From Nemertoderma westbladi (taxonomy: Eukaryota; Animalia; Xenacoelomorpha): a stretch of DNA of 42,319 nucleotides. The stretch lies in contig JAUCBJ010009026.1 in the NCBI GenBank assembly GCA_032718475.1, positions 1 through 42,319 on the forward strand, written 5' to 3'. Position 1 is the first letter of the stretch; each line of letters starts with the position of its first letter. The translations under genes and the position numbers were made by a program. This document shows, piece after piece, positions 10,881 to 21,692 of this stretch. The notes below the pieces were generated by a model. The model saw nothing but the letters and a program-made list of their open reading frames with translations. It searched no databases and was not told where the DNA came from.

Positions 10881-13602
10881 GAACAACCATAGTGTTCTGA
10901 TACTCATGAGACTTACCTAGCCAATCTAATTGTCTGCAGATCTCTTGGATCTCATCGGAAAACTCGATAATTCCGCTACTAATAAACTTTCGGGGCGCTA
11001 CTAACTTGGCATACAAGTACCCAGCGATATTATTCCTATTACCATACCTGATGTTTAGTGTATCCCAAACTTGTCTTAATCCGTCTGGATGTCCAATAAA
11101 CTTTAACGCCATTAACTTGGGAGATCCTTCCAAGCACTCGATGAGGTATCTAAGTTTTTCTCCATTAGATAGTACAGAGTTCTGTATGTTATCTTTGTAA
11201 TATTCATTAAAAGGTAACCATTTCATCTCATCTCCATTGAACTTAACGATCTCTCCCACCTTTACCGCTTGCCGGGCTTCGGTTCTAGCCATTTGACGCG
11301 TAAAACTTTCTTGGGCCATCGTGCTATTTAATATCGAGTTATCGGTATATAAATTTCTAGGATTATGGTCAGTTCTATATGGAATATCATTATCAACAGG
11401 TCTATAATTACCCTTAATAGGGTTCACTATAGGAGTTTCTACTTCGCTAGCAGTATAGATGCGTGTAGGCTCCACACCTTGCGCATGCGATACTTCAGAC
11501 CTAACAGGTTGACACATTGTTACAGAGGGTGGTGGTATACCCTTTTGGGTGTTTACTAATTTATCGCGTTCAAGCGCGATACTTTGCTGCACTTCTTGCA
11601 ACTCTAACCTACTTTCCCTTACTGTGCCCTTGAATTGTTGGACAGTCTCCTGCATCTGCCCGAGCAGGATATCCATCCCCCGCCGTCTCTCGTCCACCCA
11701 ATCAACCGCCGAAACGGGATCCGCCAACGTTGTAGCGGGCAGACGAGGGACAACGGGCGACAAATTTGGAATATTTCGCTCGGGGTCCAGGACCTGAACT
11801 GTCTCCTGGGCAGTTCTACGGGGCACAGGTAGCTTAGTGCTGTGCAAAGGGAATTTATAGGTAGCTTCAGGGAGCTCAGGCATATCTATTACCGAAAGGG
11901 TAGCTTCGGGAACAGGCCTAATTATTTCCGGCTCATCTACTATAGTAGGGAGTCTCTCTATTGTAATTATTTGGTCTGTGGGTTCTGTACTACCTACTTT
12001 GGTGTTATTTAGTTGCCTTCTAACAGCTGGAGGCAAATCAGGCAATTTCTGCCGGTGGAATGTTCTTTTACGTCTGCTTAGACGAGATCGATTTCTTCCG
12101 CCTTCAGTGTCGGTGGTATCGCCTTCCTCAGATGATGTATATCCCTGTCGTTTGGGAGTAGATCGATTCATCATCTGCATATTACTAGCTGCTAACTGTT
12201 TACTGAAGTCGTCTTGCTTCTCTTGAAGATTTTCCAACTCCAGTTGGATGATCTCTTCAGCCGCTTTTCGTTCTACTTCCGCCACTGCTGCCGCTTTTGC
12301 CTCTGTTCGTTCTGCTTCCGCCACTGTTCGTTCTGCTTCCGCCACTGCTGCCGCTTTTGCCGCTGCCGCTGCAGCTTTTGCCTCTGCCGCTGCCGCTTTT
12401 CTTTCTGCTTCTGCCACTGCTGCTATCTTTCTGTCTTCTATACGCTTTTTCCTTACTTGTTCTTCCCTTTCTCTAGCGATGCGGAGTTGTTCATCGAATT
12501 TAGCTTGGTTCGCAGCTAACCTATCCACATCAATCGCATCTAACACAAGTTTGGCTCCTTCGCTATTAGGGCTAAGTCCCTCTAGCCTTCTCCTCAACTC
12601 TTCATCTCCCACAAAACGCTGATAGTCTGACAGATAGATATCAATGGCATCCTTCTTATGCGGTTTCTCTGCAGTCGCTTCACTTTCCACTTGGGAAAAA
12701 GTAGCGTCTGTTGATTCTCCATGGGTTGAGCGCTCCTCCAACTGAGCCTTCCACTGAGCTGCTCCTTGAACCTGGCGACTCACCCGTTGAAACCAAGTCT
12801 TTACGGCAACTTGCAACGACGTGTCTTGTCTTCTTTTAGAAGCCTCCTCAAAGGCGGACAAGATTAGCCTAATTCGTAGAACTCTTTCTCTAACTTGATA
12901 AAGCAGCGATCCCTGCTCTTGAGGTCCTTGAGGTTGTTTAAACAGTTGTCTTTCTAATCGCTCCATAGAGCTGAAGAATCCCTGTGCGTATCCGGCTGCT
13001 GACCTCTTCCACACAGCTGGATCGATGGTTTCCTTGGCTACTCCCATCCGGTGTATGTCTTCCCAGGCAGCTTCTGATAAATCAAACGGGAGTCCGGGTC
13101 CGGGGAAGTTCCATTGCGACTCGACAATAGACTTCAGTTCTTCACTAGTGTATCCCGCGTAGCTATCTCTAGTTGACCGTTGACTTCTCGCCCAATCGAT
13201 CTGGTGTTCTTCCACCGCGATCAATAACCCAGCGAGCACGGCTGCAGGAAGGATGAGAAGGGGATCCGTATAAACCGCATCCGTCATCTCTGCTCCGCTC
13301 TCGGGTGTCAGCTCTACAGTATCCTCACTACTGGAGCTGCTGGGCCGCTGAGGAATAAGTTCTTGACTAGTGGGTTGTTGCTGTTCCGCTGCCTTTTGGT
13401 CCCGCTTGACCTGAGCTCGAGTGCCTATGATAGACCTACGATGTTGGACCAGCCTAGGTTCTGTTATTACTACTGGAGGGATGACCTTCCTCACAGTGGG
13501 AGGTGAACTGGATTTACGACCAGACGGTTGTACGTCTCTATCTGAGTCGCAGATAGTTACATCTAATAAACTGTCTGACAGGTTCTGCTTAGTATCAGAC
13601 AT
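10855..13602 (-). CDS. BEL/Pao Gag N-terminal part with long extension and Ala/Glu/Lys-rich coiled-coil repeat; frameshifted near 10881
   Basis: The Pao Gag (DUF1759-like) motif KFNGDEMKWLPF...EKLRYLIECLEG...WDTLNIRYG starts only after about residue 785. Copy 2 reads through the frameshift site in one frame. Confidence 0.88.
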   Translation of the reverse strand: MSDTKQNLSDSLLDVTICDSDRDVQPSGRKSSSPPTVRKVIPPVVITEPRLVQHRRSIIGTRAQVKRDQKAAEQQQPTSQELIPQRPSSSSSEDTVELTPESGAEMTDAVYTDPLLILPAAVLAGLLIAVEEHQIDWARSQRSTRDSYAGYTSEELKSIVESQWNFPGPGLPFDLSEAAWEDIHRMGVAKETIDPAVWKRSAAGYAQGFFSSMERLERQLFKQPQGPQEQGSLLYQVRERVLRIRLILSAFEEASKRRQDTSLQVAVKTWFQRVSRQVQGAAQWKAQLEERSTHGESTDATFSQVESEATAEKPHKKDAIDIYLSDYQRFVGDEELRRRLEGLSPNSEGAKLVLDAIDVDRLAANQAKFDEQLRIAREREEQVRKKRIEDRKIAAVAEAERKAAAAEAKAAAAAAKAAAVAEAERTVAEAERTEAKAAAVAEVERKAAEEIIQLELENLQEKQDDFSKQLAASNMQMMNRSTPKRQGYTSSEEGDTTDTEGGRNRSRLSRRKRTFHRQKLPDLPPAVRRQLNNTKVGSTEPTDQIITIERLPTIVDEPEIIRPVPEATLSVIDMPELPEATYKFPLHSTKLPVPRRTAQETVQVLDPERNIPNLSPVVPRLPATTLADPVSAVDWVDERRRGMDILLGQMQETVQQFKGTVRESRLELQEVQQSIALERDKLVNTQKGIPPPSVTMCQPVRSEVSHAQGVEPTRIYTASEVETPIVNPIKGNYRPVDNDIPYRTDHNPRNLYTDNSILNSTMAQESFTRQMARTEARQAVKVGEIVKFNGDEMKWLPFNEYYKDNIQNSVLSNGEKLRYLIECLEGSPKLMALKFIGHPDGLRQVWDTLNIRYGNRNNIAGYLYAKLVAPRKFISSGIIEFSDEIQEICRQLDWLGKSHEYQNTMVVQSSGFYFT

Positions 13603-13739
13603 GACTAGGTATGTACAGTTGAATGCCTACTGCTATATTACAGTCTAAGCAAGTCTAGTAACTCAGTATGAACTGCTAGCCTAGTAATTAATTACCGTTA
13701 CTGCTACTCAGTGTAGCGTGATATATATATAATATATTA

Positions 13740-13990
13740 GAATACCGGTATACTTATAGTATATATAACTATATAAGTATTATTACAGACTAGGTTTATC
13801 ACAGAATACCGGTATAATTTTAGCACAAATATATATAAATATATAATAGGCCTATCGGAATACCGGTATACAGCTTACAGTTTGTAGTATATATAATTCT
13901 GGAATAGAATTAATTACAAGTACCGGTATAATTTCAGCCTAGATTTATAGAAATAAAGATAATAGGCCTATCGTAAATACCGGTATATCA
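13740..13990. repeat. Degenerate ~60-bp-period repeat in the 5' UTR of copy 1
   Basis: TACCGGTATA recurs five times (near 13743, 13807, 13861, 13921, 13978) in an AT-rich context. Confidence 0.6.
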
Positions 13991-14929
13991 ATTATTTCAA
14001 ATAATTGAATTTCTGTTACTTTAGGGTTACTTTGTTACTTTACTTACTTTATTACCGTTATTTGAGCAGTAATCCAACTGATATTGGGACCTAATGGTTG
14101 TATGGTAGGCCTACGATTTATAAATCGTTAGATTTGATTTATAATATATATATACCCGTTTTAGTGGGTTTTGTCAATGTTTGAAATAAATGTTATTATT
14201 TCTGGGGAATAATCACTACACAAAGCGGTGCGCTTTCAATGAAGTGTTACTTATAAGACACTAAAACAAATAATACTAATTTACCTAAGTTACTTAATAC
14301 TACTAATTACGTACAATTCGGGTTGAGATTACAATCTCTAAATAAACACAAAAATTTACAAAAACACAAAATACGAATTTTTAAGGTAATTTTACAAGAA
14401 GTCTACAAACCAGCCCAACAAAGGGTTAGATAACCGGTTATTACAACGGACAGAGTACTACGGTATTTGAAATAATAAGTAGTAGTAAATACACTGCGTT
14501 GTCTAGATAGGAAAATACCACCGCCTGACGACCTATAGCCGTATCGCTATAGGTTCTACGTTATGTATCACGGAGTGTTCCTACCTAGAAGTTAATAGAG
14601 CTAATCGAATGTGCCTATCAACCACTTTACAACACAAATATAATGCCTACACTAATTATTCTCGGAAAGCACTGTACACTAAACCCTAAATTAGGTACGA
14701 GTACTTGTACAACAGATAATCAGTAATTAAATATACTTGAACAGCTAAAAGAACCACGGCATCTGCTGGAGTGACCGATGCACAAAATCACCAGTCTTTA
14801 CCTACGCCGAGCAGCCCGTGTAGTACCGAGGTTAATTTAACTATAGCGGTATGTATAACAAACACAATTACTGTAGGAACAAACTTGGGGAATTGAATGT
14901 TGCGAATAATCGCATAAACTCTGAATAAT

Positions 14930-15495
14930 AAATATTACGCTACGCGCACAAACTACTCAAACAAAATACAGACCGAACACTGACAGACTACTATCAAGCC
15001 TAAACAAACTACGGTATATGCAGACTCCGAAATGATTAGGGAGTATGCGCTCTAACCCAGTAGTGCGACTTATTCTTTAGTTGGGGGTTTACCTTACAGC
15101 GTTCGCTGCCCCTACTACCTAATCGTACTTAATCGGACAGATGATCTACACACGCGGCAATCCGTTCAGACTTAATAACAGCTAGACAACTATCCAGCCT
15201 ACAAATTATTTAAATAAAATTATACGCTACCCGTACAGACTTACACAAACAAAGTACAGACTAAACGATGGCAGACTACTCTCAAGCCTAAATAAACCAC
15301 AGGACATGCAGACTCCGAAATGATTAGGGAGTATGCGCTCTAACCCAGTAGTGCGACTTATTCTTTAGTTGGGGGTTTACCTTACCGCATTGGCTGCCCC
15401 TACTTCCTAACCGTACTTAATCGGACAAGTGCTCTACACACACTGTAATCCGTTCAGACCTAACAGCAATCAGACAACAGCTCAGCCTACAAATT
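14930..15495. repeat. Tandem duplication (period 288 bp) in the 5' UTR of copy 1
   Basis: Identical 80-bp cores at 15018-15097 and 15306-15385, with diverged flanks. Confidence 0.9.
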
Positions 15496-15745
15496 GTCTG
15501 TACAATCTGATGAGGTTTACACGCCTTCTGTTCAATACTGGCCTACAAACAAATAAAACTTGACAGAAATAAGTAAAAATCTCAATAAAAAACCAGGGCT
15601 GCAGTCCCTGATAAATTATTAAGGCCTACTGGTATATAACAATCAAAATCGAATAATACTGCTGTAGGTACCGGTCCGGGTAGTTAGGTAGTCAGGCCTA
15701 CTGGTTACCGGTCGACCGGTACTTTCGACTTTATTGCTTACTGCA

Positions 15746-15767
15746 ATAAAGAAGCTATATCCTTTAA
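15746..15767 (-). promoter_or_regulatory. Non-tRNA primer-binding position, complementary to LTR-internal sequence 16536-16557
   Basis: The sense sequence after the 5' LTR is TTAAAGGATATAGCTTCTTTAT, with no TGG. The + strand at 16536-16557 reads TTAAAGGATATATGCCCTTTAT. The two form an inverted repeat with 18/22 identity, the first 12 nt perfect. The function is inferred. Confidence 0.5.
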
Positions 15768-17013
15768 TGTTCGCGTTTTCAGACCTTTGGCAGTTTAACC
15801 CACCAAATTAAGATGTCTTCTAGATATTAAATCAGTTTTTAGTCTTTGACAAGTATTTGATTCACTACACTAGTCGAAACCAATCCGTGCGCGACCATTC
15901 ACCCGCTGGGTATTCCCGGGAGATTGGGTTCGACGGTTTAATTTTATTGCTATGTAAGCCTAATGTATTATTCGACTGACAGTATTATATTTTCTCTGAC
16001 AATATTATTCACCTTCGGGAATATTAGCAGTTCCTTTAGGACGTGGCGCTTTATCTATATAAACAGAGTTATGACTTAAACTACTCACAACGATATGGCT
16101 TAATTATAATTCACATATATGGCGCATTCTTTAGGAATTGCTTCTTTAACAGACTCACTCATACACAATGCTGCACGATACTGCACACTAATCTGCCAAT
16201 CTTCACTGATTTTAGTCACATATAAAAGGAACACAGGCTGACTCATGTAGGGTCTATCAAATAACATTAGATTCACTTCAAACCAATTCAACATAAGTCA
16301 CAATCGTTATTGGTAACCTTTCTCTCTTACCTTCGGTATATCAAGAATATTGGGTTTCGGGGTTATTTATCGTTATTCCAAATATAATAATTCATCAACC
16401 ATATTATGAAGAACTGACAGTAAATAGCAGTATAAAACAACAACTGAACACTGATTGTTACGAGTTTGCAATGTTTCAGCAGTCAGCATGTATGATCAGT
16501 CAGCAGTCCGTACTGCAGTCCGCAGTAGTCGTTAGTTAAAGGATATATGCCCTTTATAATTAAACCTACTAGTGTAAGACTAAAAACAGTAAAGCACAAA
16601 ATACTTCCAAGCCGTTCTTTCTTTGGCTCAGGACTGAATGTAAACACTGCACATAGGCATTGCGTCATTTCTCGGAAATCTTCTGTACAAGGAGCCACAA
16701 AAACGCTCTAATTGGCTGACTGAACTGAGAGACGCCGTAGAACAAAGGAAATCAACACGTATGAATGTCAGCTGTTAACCGTAGTCATAGTAACTACTGT
16801 TCAAGAGTAGCTATCACCCCTTTGCGTCACGAATTGCCATAGAATCATAAAATATGCCTTTCACAGTACACATACGGAGGAAATAGGTCTTAGATCCTCT
16901 AAAAACACCGATACAGCAATAATACGGTCTCTTACACTTATTAAATCAACTACAGAGTATTTTAATGTAAAAGATAATAAAAATAACGGGGCAATTCAGC
17001 AAAGGCTTTTACA
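15768..17013 (-). repeat. 5' LTR of BEL/Pao copy 1
   Basis: Direct repeat of 4400-5645, lying upstream of gag on the minus strand. It contains CCAAT (about 16714-16710) and TATAAAG (16558-16552) on the sense strand. Confidence 0.95.
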
Positions 17014-17070
17014 CCGGGGTAAAACGAACTTGCCGCTTGCCGCGTTGCCGGTGTAAATAAACGAACTTAG

Positions 17071-17530
17071 ATCCTACAGGGCCTGACTTTGATGAACTTA
17101 GATCTTTGCGAACTTAGGTCCTATATATGCGAACATAGATCCTATCTGGGTGAACTTTGATCCTAACTAGGTGAACTTAGATCCTATCTGGGTGAACTTA
17201 AATCCTAACTAGGTGAACTTAGATCCTAACTAGTTGAACTTAGATCCTAACTAGGTGAACTTAGATCCCAGCTAGTTGAACTTAGATCCTAACTAGGTGA
17301 ACTTAGATCCTAACTAGTTGAACTTAGATCCTAACTAGTTGAACTTAGATCCTAACTAGGTGAACTCAGATCCTAACTAGTTGAACTTAGATCCTAACTA
17401 GTTGAACTTAGATCCTAACTAGGTGAACTCAGATCCTAACTATTTGAACTTAGATCCTAACTAGTTGAACTTAGATCCTAACTAGGTGAACTTAGATCCT
17501 AACTAGGTGAACTTAGATCCTAACTAGGCG
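17071..17530 (+). repeat. 21-bp tandem repeat GAACTTAGATCCTAACTAG(G/T)T, about 20 units
   Basis: Seen directly; no unique spacers. Confidence 0.95.
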
Positions 17531-18094
17531 ATCCCACTTAGATCCCACTTTATGCCATTAAAAGCCTTTGGAAATCATCATGCTAGTCGCGAAGCGATTT
17601 TAGATCCCACGTTGAAAGCAAAGCGAACTTAGAATCCACATGTGCTGTGCTTTGGATGCGTTCCATTCATACTATAGCATACTGTACTGTGTTACATTAA
17701 GCATTTAAAAGTACTTATAATAATCTAATGCAAATACTTTAAATAATTCAATAGTAGTTGCGATCAGTGACTCACCAACAAACTACAATTTGCCAATTAA
17801 TTGCTAATTCGTTTCAATGTATTGGTGGTAGGATTTAAGTTCGCTTCCCTTCAAGCGTGATAATATTTACAGTAAGGTCTGCGCTGGCCTATGGGAATGA
17901 CATTTCACATTAACACAGCCACGGTACAGCAATATACTTTTGGTCCAAAATAGATATACATTTACATAATAACTATATAAAATCTTACATTATATTATTG
18001 TGCTATTTATGTCTGTCTAACTGTACGTGCATAATTATTTCTTATTCACTGTACGATAATAACAATAATAATAATAACTGTATGTAAGGTGGGA

Positions 18095-18260
18095 TATAAG
18101 TTCGTATGGGAAGGATCTAAGTACGTATGTTGAGGATCTAAGTACGTATGTTGAGGATCTAAGTTCGTATGTTGAGGATCTAAGTTCGAATGGAAAGCAT
18201 CTACTGTATGTTCACCCAAGACATAAGTTCGTCCAGGATCAAAGGTGCTCTAGGATCTAA
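18095..18260 (-). repeat. Inverted 21-bp tandem repeat AGGATCTAAGT(T/A)CGTATGTTG
   Basis: Shares the reverse complement of the GAACTTAGATCCT core of the 17071-17530 array. Confidence 0.85.
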
Positions 18261-18678
18261 AACCGGGGAACCCTGCGCCGGTACTTTACCTTGAGATAAT
18301 GGTTTCAGGTACAGCCGCTTACTTTACAGCAGCTTATAAGTATGCCTTATTAAGGCTACTGGTTAAGTTTCACAAAAACAACACAAGAAATTATAGTTAT
18401 TATTTAAAATTTTTAGTCTCTACTCGAAATAAGTAAATAAAAACAAAACACTAAGATTTACATTCATTTTCTGATTTTGGAAACTAAAACTGCTTTATTG
18501 TAGTGTATTGTACGGGTAGCGTGGTGAATATTTTTTCTTTAATTTTCGGCTGATTGCATTTACATGGTTTTTTCCAGTTCCGCGGTATGACCATGGGTTG
18601 CGCGTTGTGATGAATTATGGCTCAAAAATACTGTGAAAGGGTATTTTTGCAATTTATTTACAAATTGTTTATAAAACG

Positions 18679-18888
18679 GAAGGCGTGGTTGAGCGCCTGG
18701 CTACAATCTATTTGTTGTAGGTTCGGCCCCCGCCAGAGTCCACTCAGCCTTCCATTCCCTGGTGAATTTCTAGCACAAAACTTTGGATAGGTGTAGAGCG
18801 CCCACCTTTACCTTCGGGTAGAAGCTATTGAAAGATTAGCCTTTGCGCCGCCTCCGGCTTTGGCCGAATATTTGCTTTGCTTACTTTG
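18679..18888 (+). mobile_element. Probable tRNA-derived SINE
   Basis: A-box-like GGCGTGGTTGAGCG and B-box-like GGTTCGGCCC, followed by GTCCACTCAGCCTTCCATTCC, which resembles conserved central domains of metazoan SINEs. It ends in a simple-repeat tail TTTGCTTTGCTTACTTT. Confidence 0.5.
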
Positions 18889-19096
18889 AAAGAGTCAAAA
18901 TATAAATCAACAAAAACCGCTATGGAAAAATAAAAATCCTTCCAGAAATACTGCAGTAAAAATGATCTCTTACTGAAAGGAAAAAAGGCCAACCGGCCAA
19001 CCAACCAAAAGCCTTTCTACAGTATACAGTAGCTGCTACACCCGAAGTTAACACTAAGTATAGAATAAATATAGAAGAATAAATAATAAATAAGTA

Positions 19097-19203
19097 AGAA
19101 TAAATATTTATCACTGCGGTAACAAATATTTATTACTGCAGTAAGAATAAATATTTATCACTGCAGTAAAAAATATTTATTACTGCAGTAACAAATATTT
19201 ATT
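19097..19203. repeat. Minisatellite, 22-25-bp unit AAATATTTAT(C/T)ACTGCAGTAA
   Basis: About 4.5 tandem units seen directly. Confidence 0.8.
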
Positions 19204-19533
19204 AGTTCTTTGGAAGGGCCAGCAATAACCCGGTTTAATTGGGTGGTATGTATAAATAGAGTTCCACCAATCAGATCATCAAGCGTGCTTTGTGCTATAC
19301 TGTAGGCATACTCTACAGTAGTACAGTATTAATCTGGCTTTAATCTCATTATACCAGTTTACTGTAAGTACAGTATGCCAACTCTGTATGGCATTGGCAA
19401 AGCCACGTGTGATTAGGATTGCTTCCCAGAAGCTTCGTAAGTGGAATAGTATCCCGCAGACACACTCGATGGCTGTAGAGTGTACGGGAGGACTATTAAA
19501 CAGTAGTTCCTTCGAAGTGGAGAGGCGTACTTA

Positions 19534-20036
19534 GGCCCCCCTCACACGGAGCAACTTGTTTCTGCAACTTGTTTCTGAAACTTGTTGCTGGACCCCCTCA
19601 CACACAGAAACAAGTTGCTGCAACTTGTTTCTGCAACTTGTTTCAGCAACTTGTTGCTGGACCCCCTCACACACAGAAACTTGTTGCTCAAGAAAATAAC
19701 AATTATTTCAAAACGAATAGCTAACATTTCCAGTCATTTATATATAATATCAAATCACTCAATTTATCGAATATTAGCTCTAATCTAAAAATTTGATTTA
19801 AAAAAGGTTTTTTAAAAAGTTGCTGGGTATATAACTTCCAGCAACTGGTTGCTGGACCCCCTCACACACCGAAATAAGTTTCGGAAACAAGTTGCAGAAA
19901 CTTGTTGCTAGAGTCCTCACACACAGAAACAAGTTTCGGAAACAAGTTGCAGCAACAAGTTTCTGTGTGTGAGGGGGTCCAGCAACAAGTTTCAGAAACA
20001 AGTTGCAGAAACAAGTTGCTCCGTGTGAGGGGGGCC
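19534..20036. mobile_element. PIF/Harbinger-like MITE with internally repetitive long TIRs
   Basis: TIR GGCCCCCCTCACACGGAGCAACTTGTTTCTGCAAC... at both ends and a TTA TSD (19531-19533 and 20037-20039). An uninterrupted paralog of the target site lies at about 20237-20300. Confidence 0.85.
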
Positions 20037-20744
20037 TTACAGTAAAAAAAAGTGACGAAAGTGCCGCAAGTTTTTGTGAGTAACTATGGATATGCAGATT
20101 ACAGAAATCCATGCTCCATAAAATATTTGTAGTGGGACAAATATTTAAGGATGAAAATCCTGAAGAAATAGGCATATTTACAAGCCAAACAAAAGGTAGA
20201 GTAGTGGAGAAAGTCTATTGAACATATTGTCTTAGCAGTGGAGAGGCTTAGTGAAAAATATATGACAAAAGTGCAAAAAGTTTTGTAAGTAACTATGCGT
20301 ATATAATACAGATGGTTGATTGAATTTCTAAAGAAATTGGCATATTACAAAGCTAAACAAAAGGTAGAGTAGTGGAGAATAAAAATCAGTGATGTTCCAG
20401 CATAATTTAACAAATTTTGCAATAAGGAAATGAATAAGATTCACACACTGGGCTGTCGCATATTAATTGATGCCCTACATACTGTACAGTACAGTATAAA
20501 GGTAATTGACTCCAAGGAAATTCAATAATTTTCCACTAATGTTATCGGTAATTTTTCACATAATATACACCATGAACCGTAAGTGCATTTTCTGATGACC
20601 TGGACCCCCCCCCCCCCCCCCAGGTTTTTCTACAAATCTTTATCATAGGCCTATTGCTTAAAATTTGAAACACAACTATGTAGTTCCACCAAGGTGTACT
20701 AAATAACAGATCATGCAGCGAGCGGATTTCTGAAATTAGCGTGG

Positions 20745-21692
20745 GCCGATCGTTTCCCTATTTATGGCACAATTTTCATAATATTTTCTTAGAATCCTCT
20801 CTTATGCAACTTTGGTTAGGTGGATATGATGACTAGGTTTTATAGAAATATAATAAAATGTCTTTCTGGAATTTTTATCTTGTAGTTGCCAAGGTAACCG
20901 GGTGCAAAGTTCAAATTTCGAGCGCCTGTAATTCAAGACGACAAGGGATTCTGTTCTTGAGATTTGGCATATGAGTAAACGTCTATCAAAATATTTTACA
21001 TTTAAATTTTTTTTCAATCCCCTTTCCATGGTGACGGGAATTACGATAATTTCCAATTATGACCGCCAGATAGAAATTGGGCTACTATTTACTACTTATA
21101 TAATTTTCAACAAACATGCCTGTTGGCTGTCCTTTATTTCTAATAATTGCTAACCGAAATTTAATATTCTGGAATGTCGAAATCATGCTACACACCCTGC
21201 ATCACAGGTCTTGCTCTCTGATTGGACAGTTTAGTTTATTGGCAAATATTGACTTTTAGAAATATGATTCACAATTGACGAATTATAAAATAAAATGTTG
21301 GCAATTTTAACTTATTGTTTACACTGACAAACCGAATAAAAATGGTGTTTTATAGAATTGGTAGACAATTTTTCAAATTTTTCATTATACTTATTTCCAT
21401 GGCAACGGGAATGTAAACAAATTCAAATATAAAATATTTTGCTAGGCTTTTATTTCCTTTAATCACCTACCAAATCACAAGGGAAGAATCCATTGTCGCC
21501 TTGAATTACAGGCGCGCAAAGTTTGAACTTTGCACCCGGTTACCTTGGCAACTACAAGATAAGACAGATTCCAGAAAGACATTTTATTACATTTCTTTGA
21601 ACCCTAGTCATCATATCCACCTAACAAAAGTAGCATAAAATAAATTTCTAGGGAAATATTATGAATATAGTGCCATAAATAGGGAAATCGGC
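20745..21692. mobile_element. Long palindromic (foldback-type) non-autonomous element
   Basis: About 300-bp diverged inverted arms, for example TTGTAGTTGCCAAGGTAACCGGGTGCAAAGTTCAAA near 20880 and its reverse complement ending near 21557. No TSD was identified. Confidence 0.75.

Larger units (their letters stand above)
4400..17013 (-). mobile_element. Full-length non-autonomous BEL/Pao LTR retrotransposon (copy 1)
   Basis: Two 1246-bp direct repeats with TG...CA ends and a 5-bp TSD CCGGG (4395-4399 and 17014-17018). It has a Pao-type Gag with three Cys/His knuckles, protease ALLDSGS, and a PPT next to the left LTR. Confidence 0.95.
17018..18272. mobile_element. Non-autonomous foldback/Mutator-like element, interrupted at its left terminus by BEL/Pao copy 1
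   Basis: Removing the LTR element restores a 9-bp TSD CTGCGCCGG (4390-4398 and 18273-18281) around GGT...ACC ends. The two arms carry GAACTTAGATCCT repeats in opposite orientation. Confidence 0.65.

Noticed and set aside
15505-15535. Hammerhead ribozyme (CTGATGAG)
   Set aside because: No stem II followed by GAAA.
17071-17530. CRISPR or iteron array
   Set aside because: Pure 21-bp tandem repeat with no spacers; it is the arm of a foldback element.
18679-18750. Functional tRNA gene
   Set aside because: The A/B boxes are degenerate, there is no clean cloverleaf, and it continues into a SINE-like body and tail.
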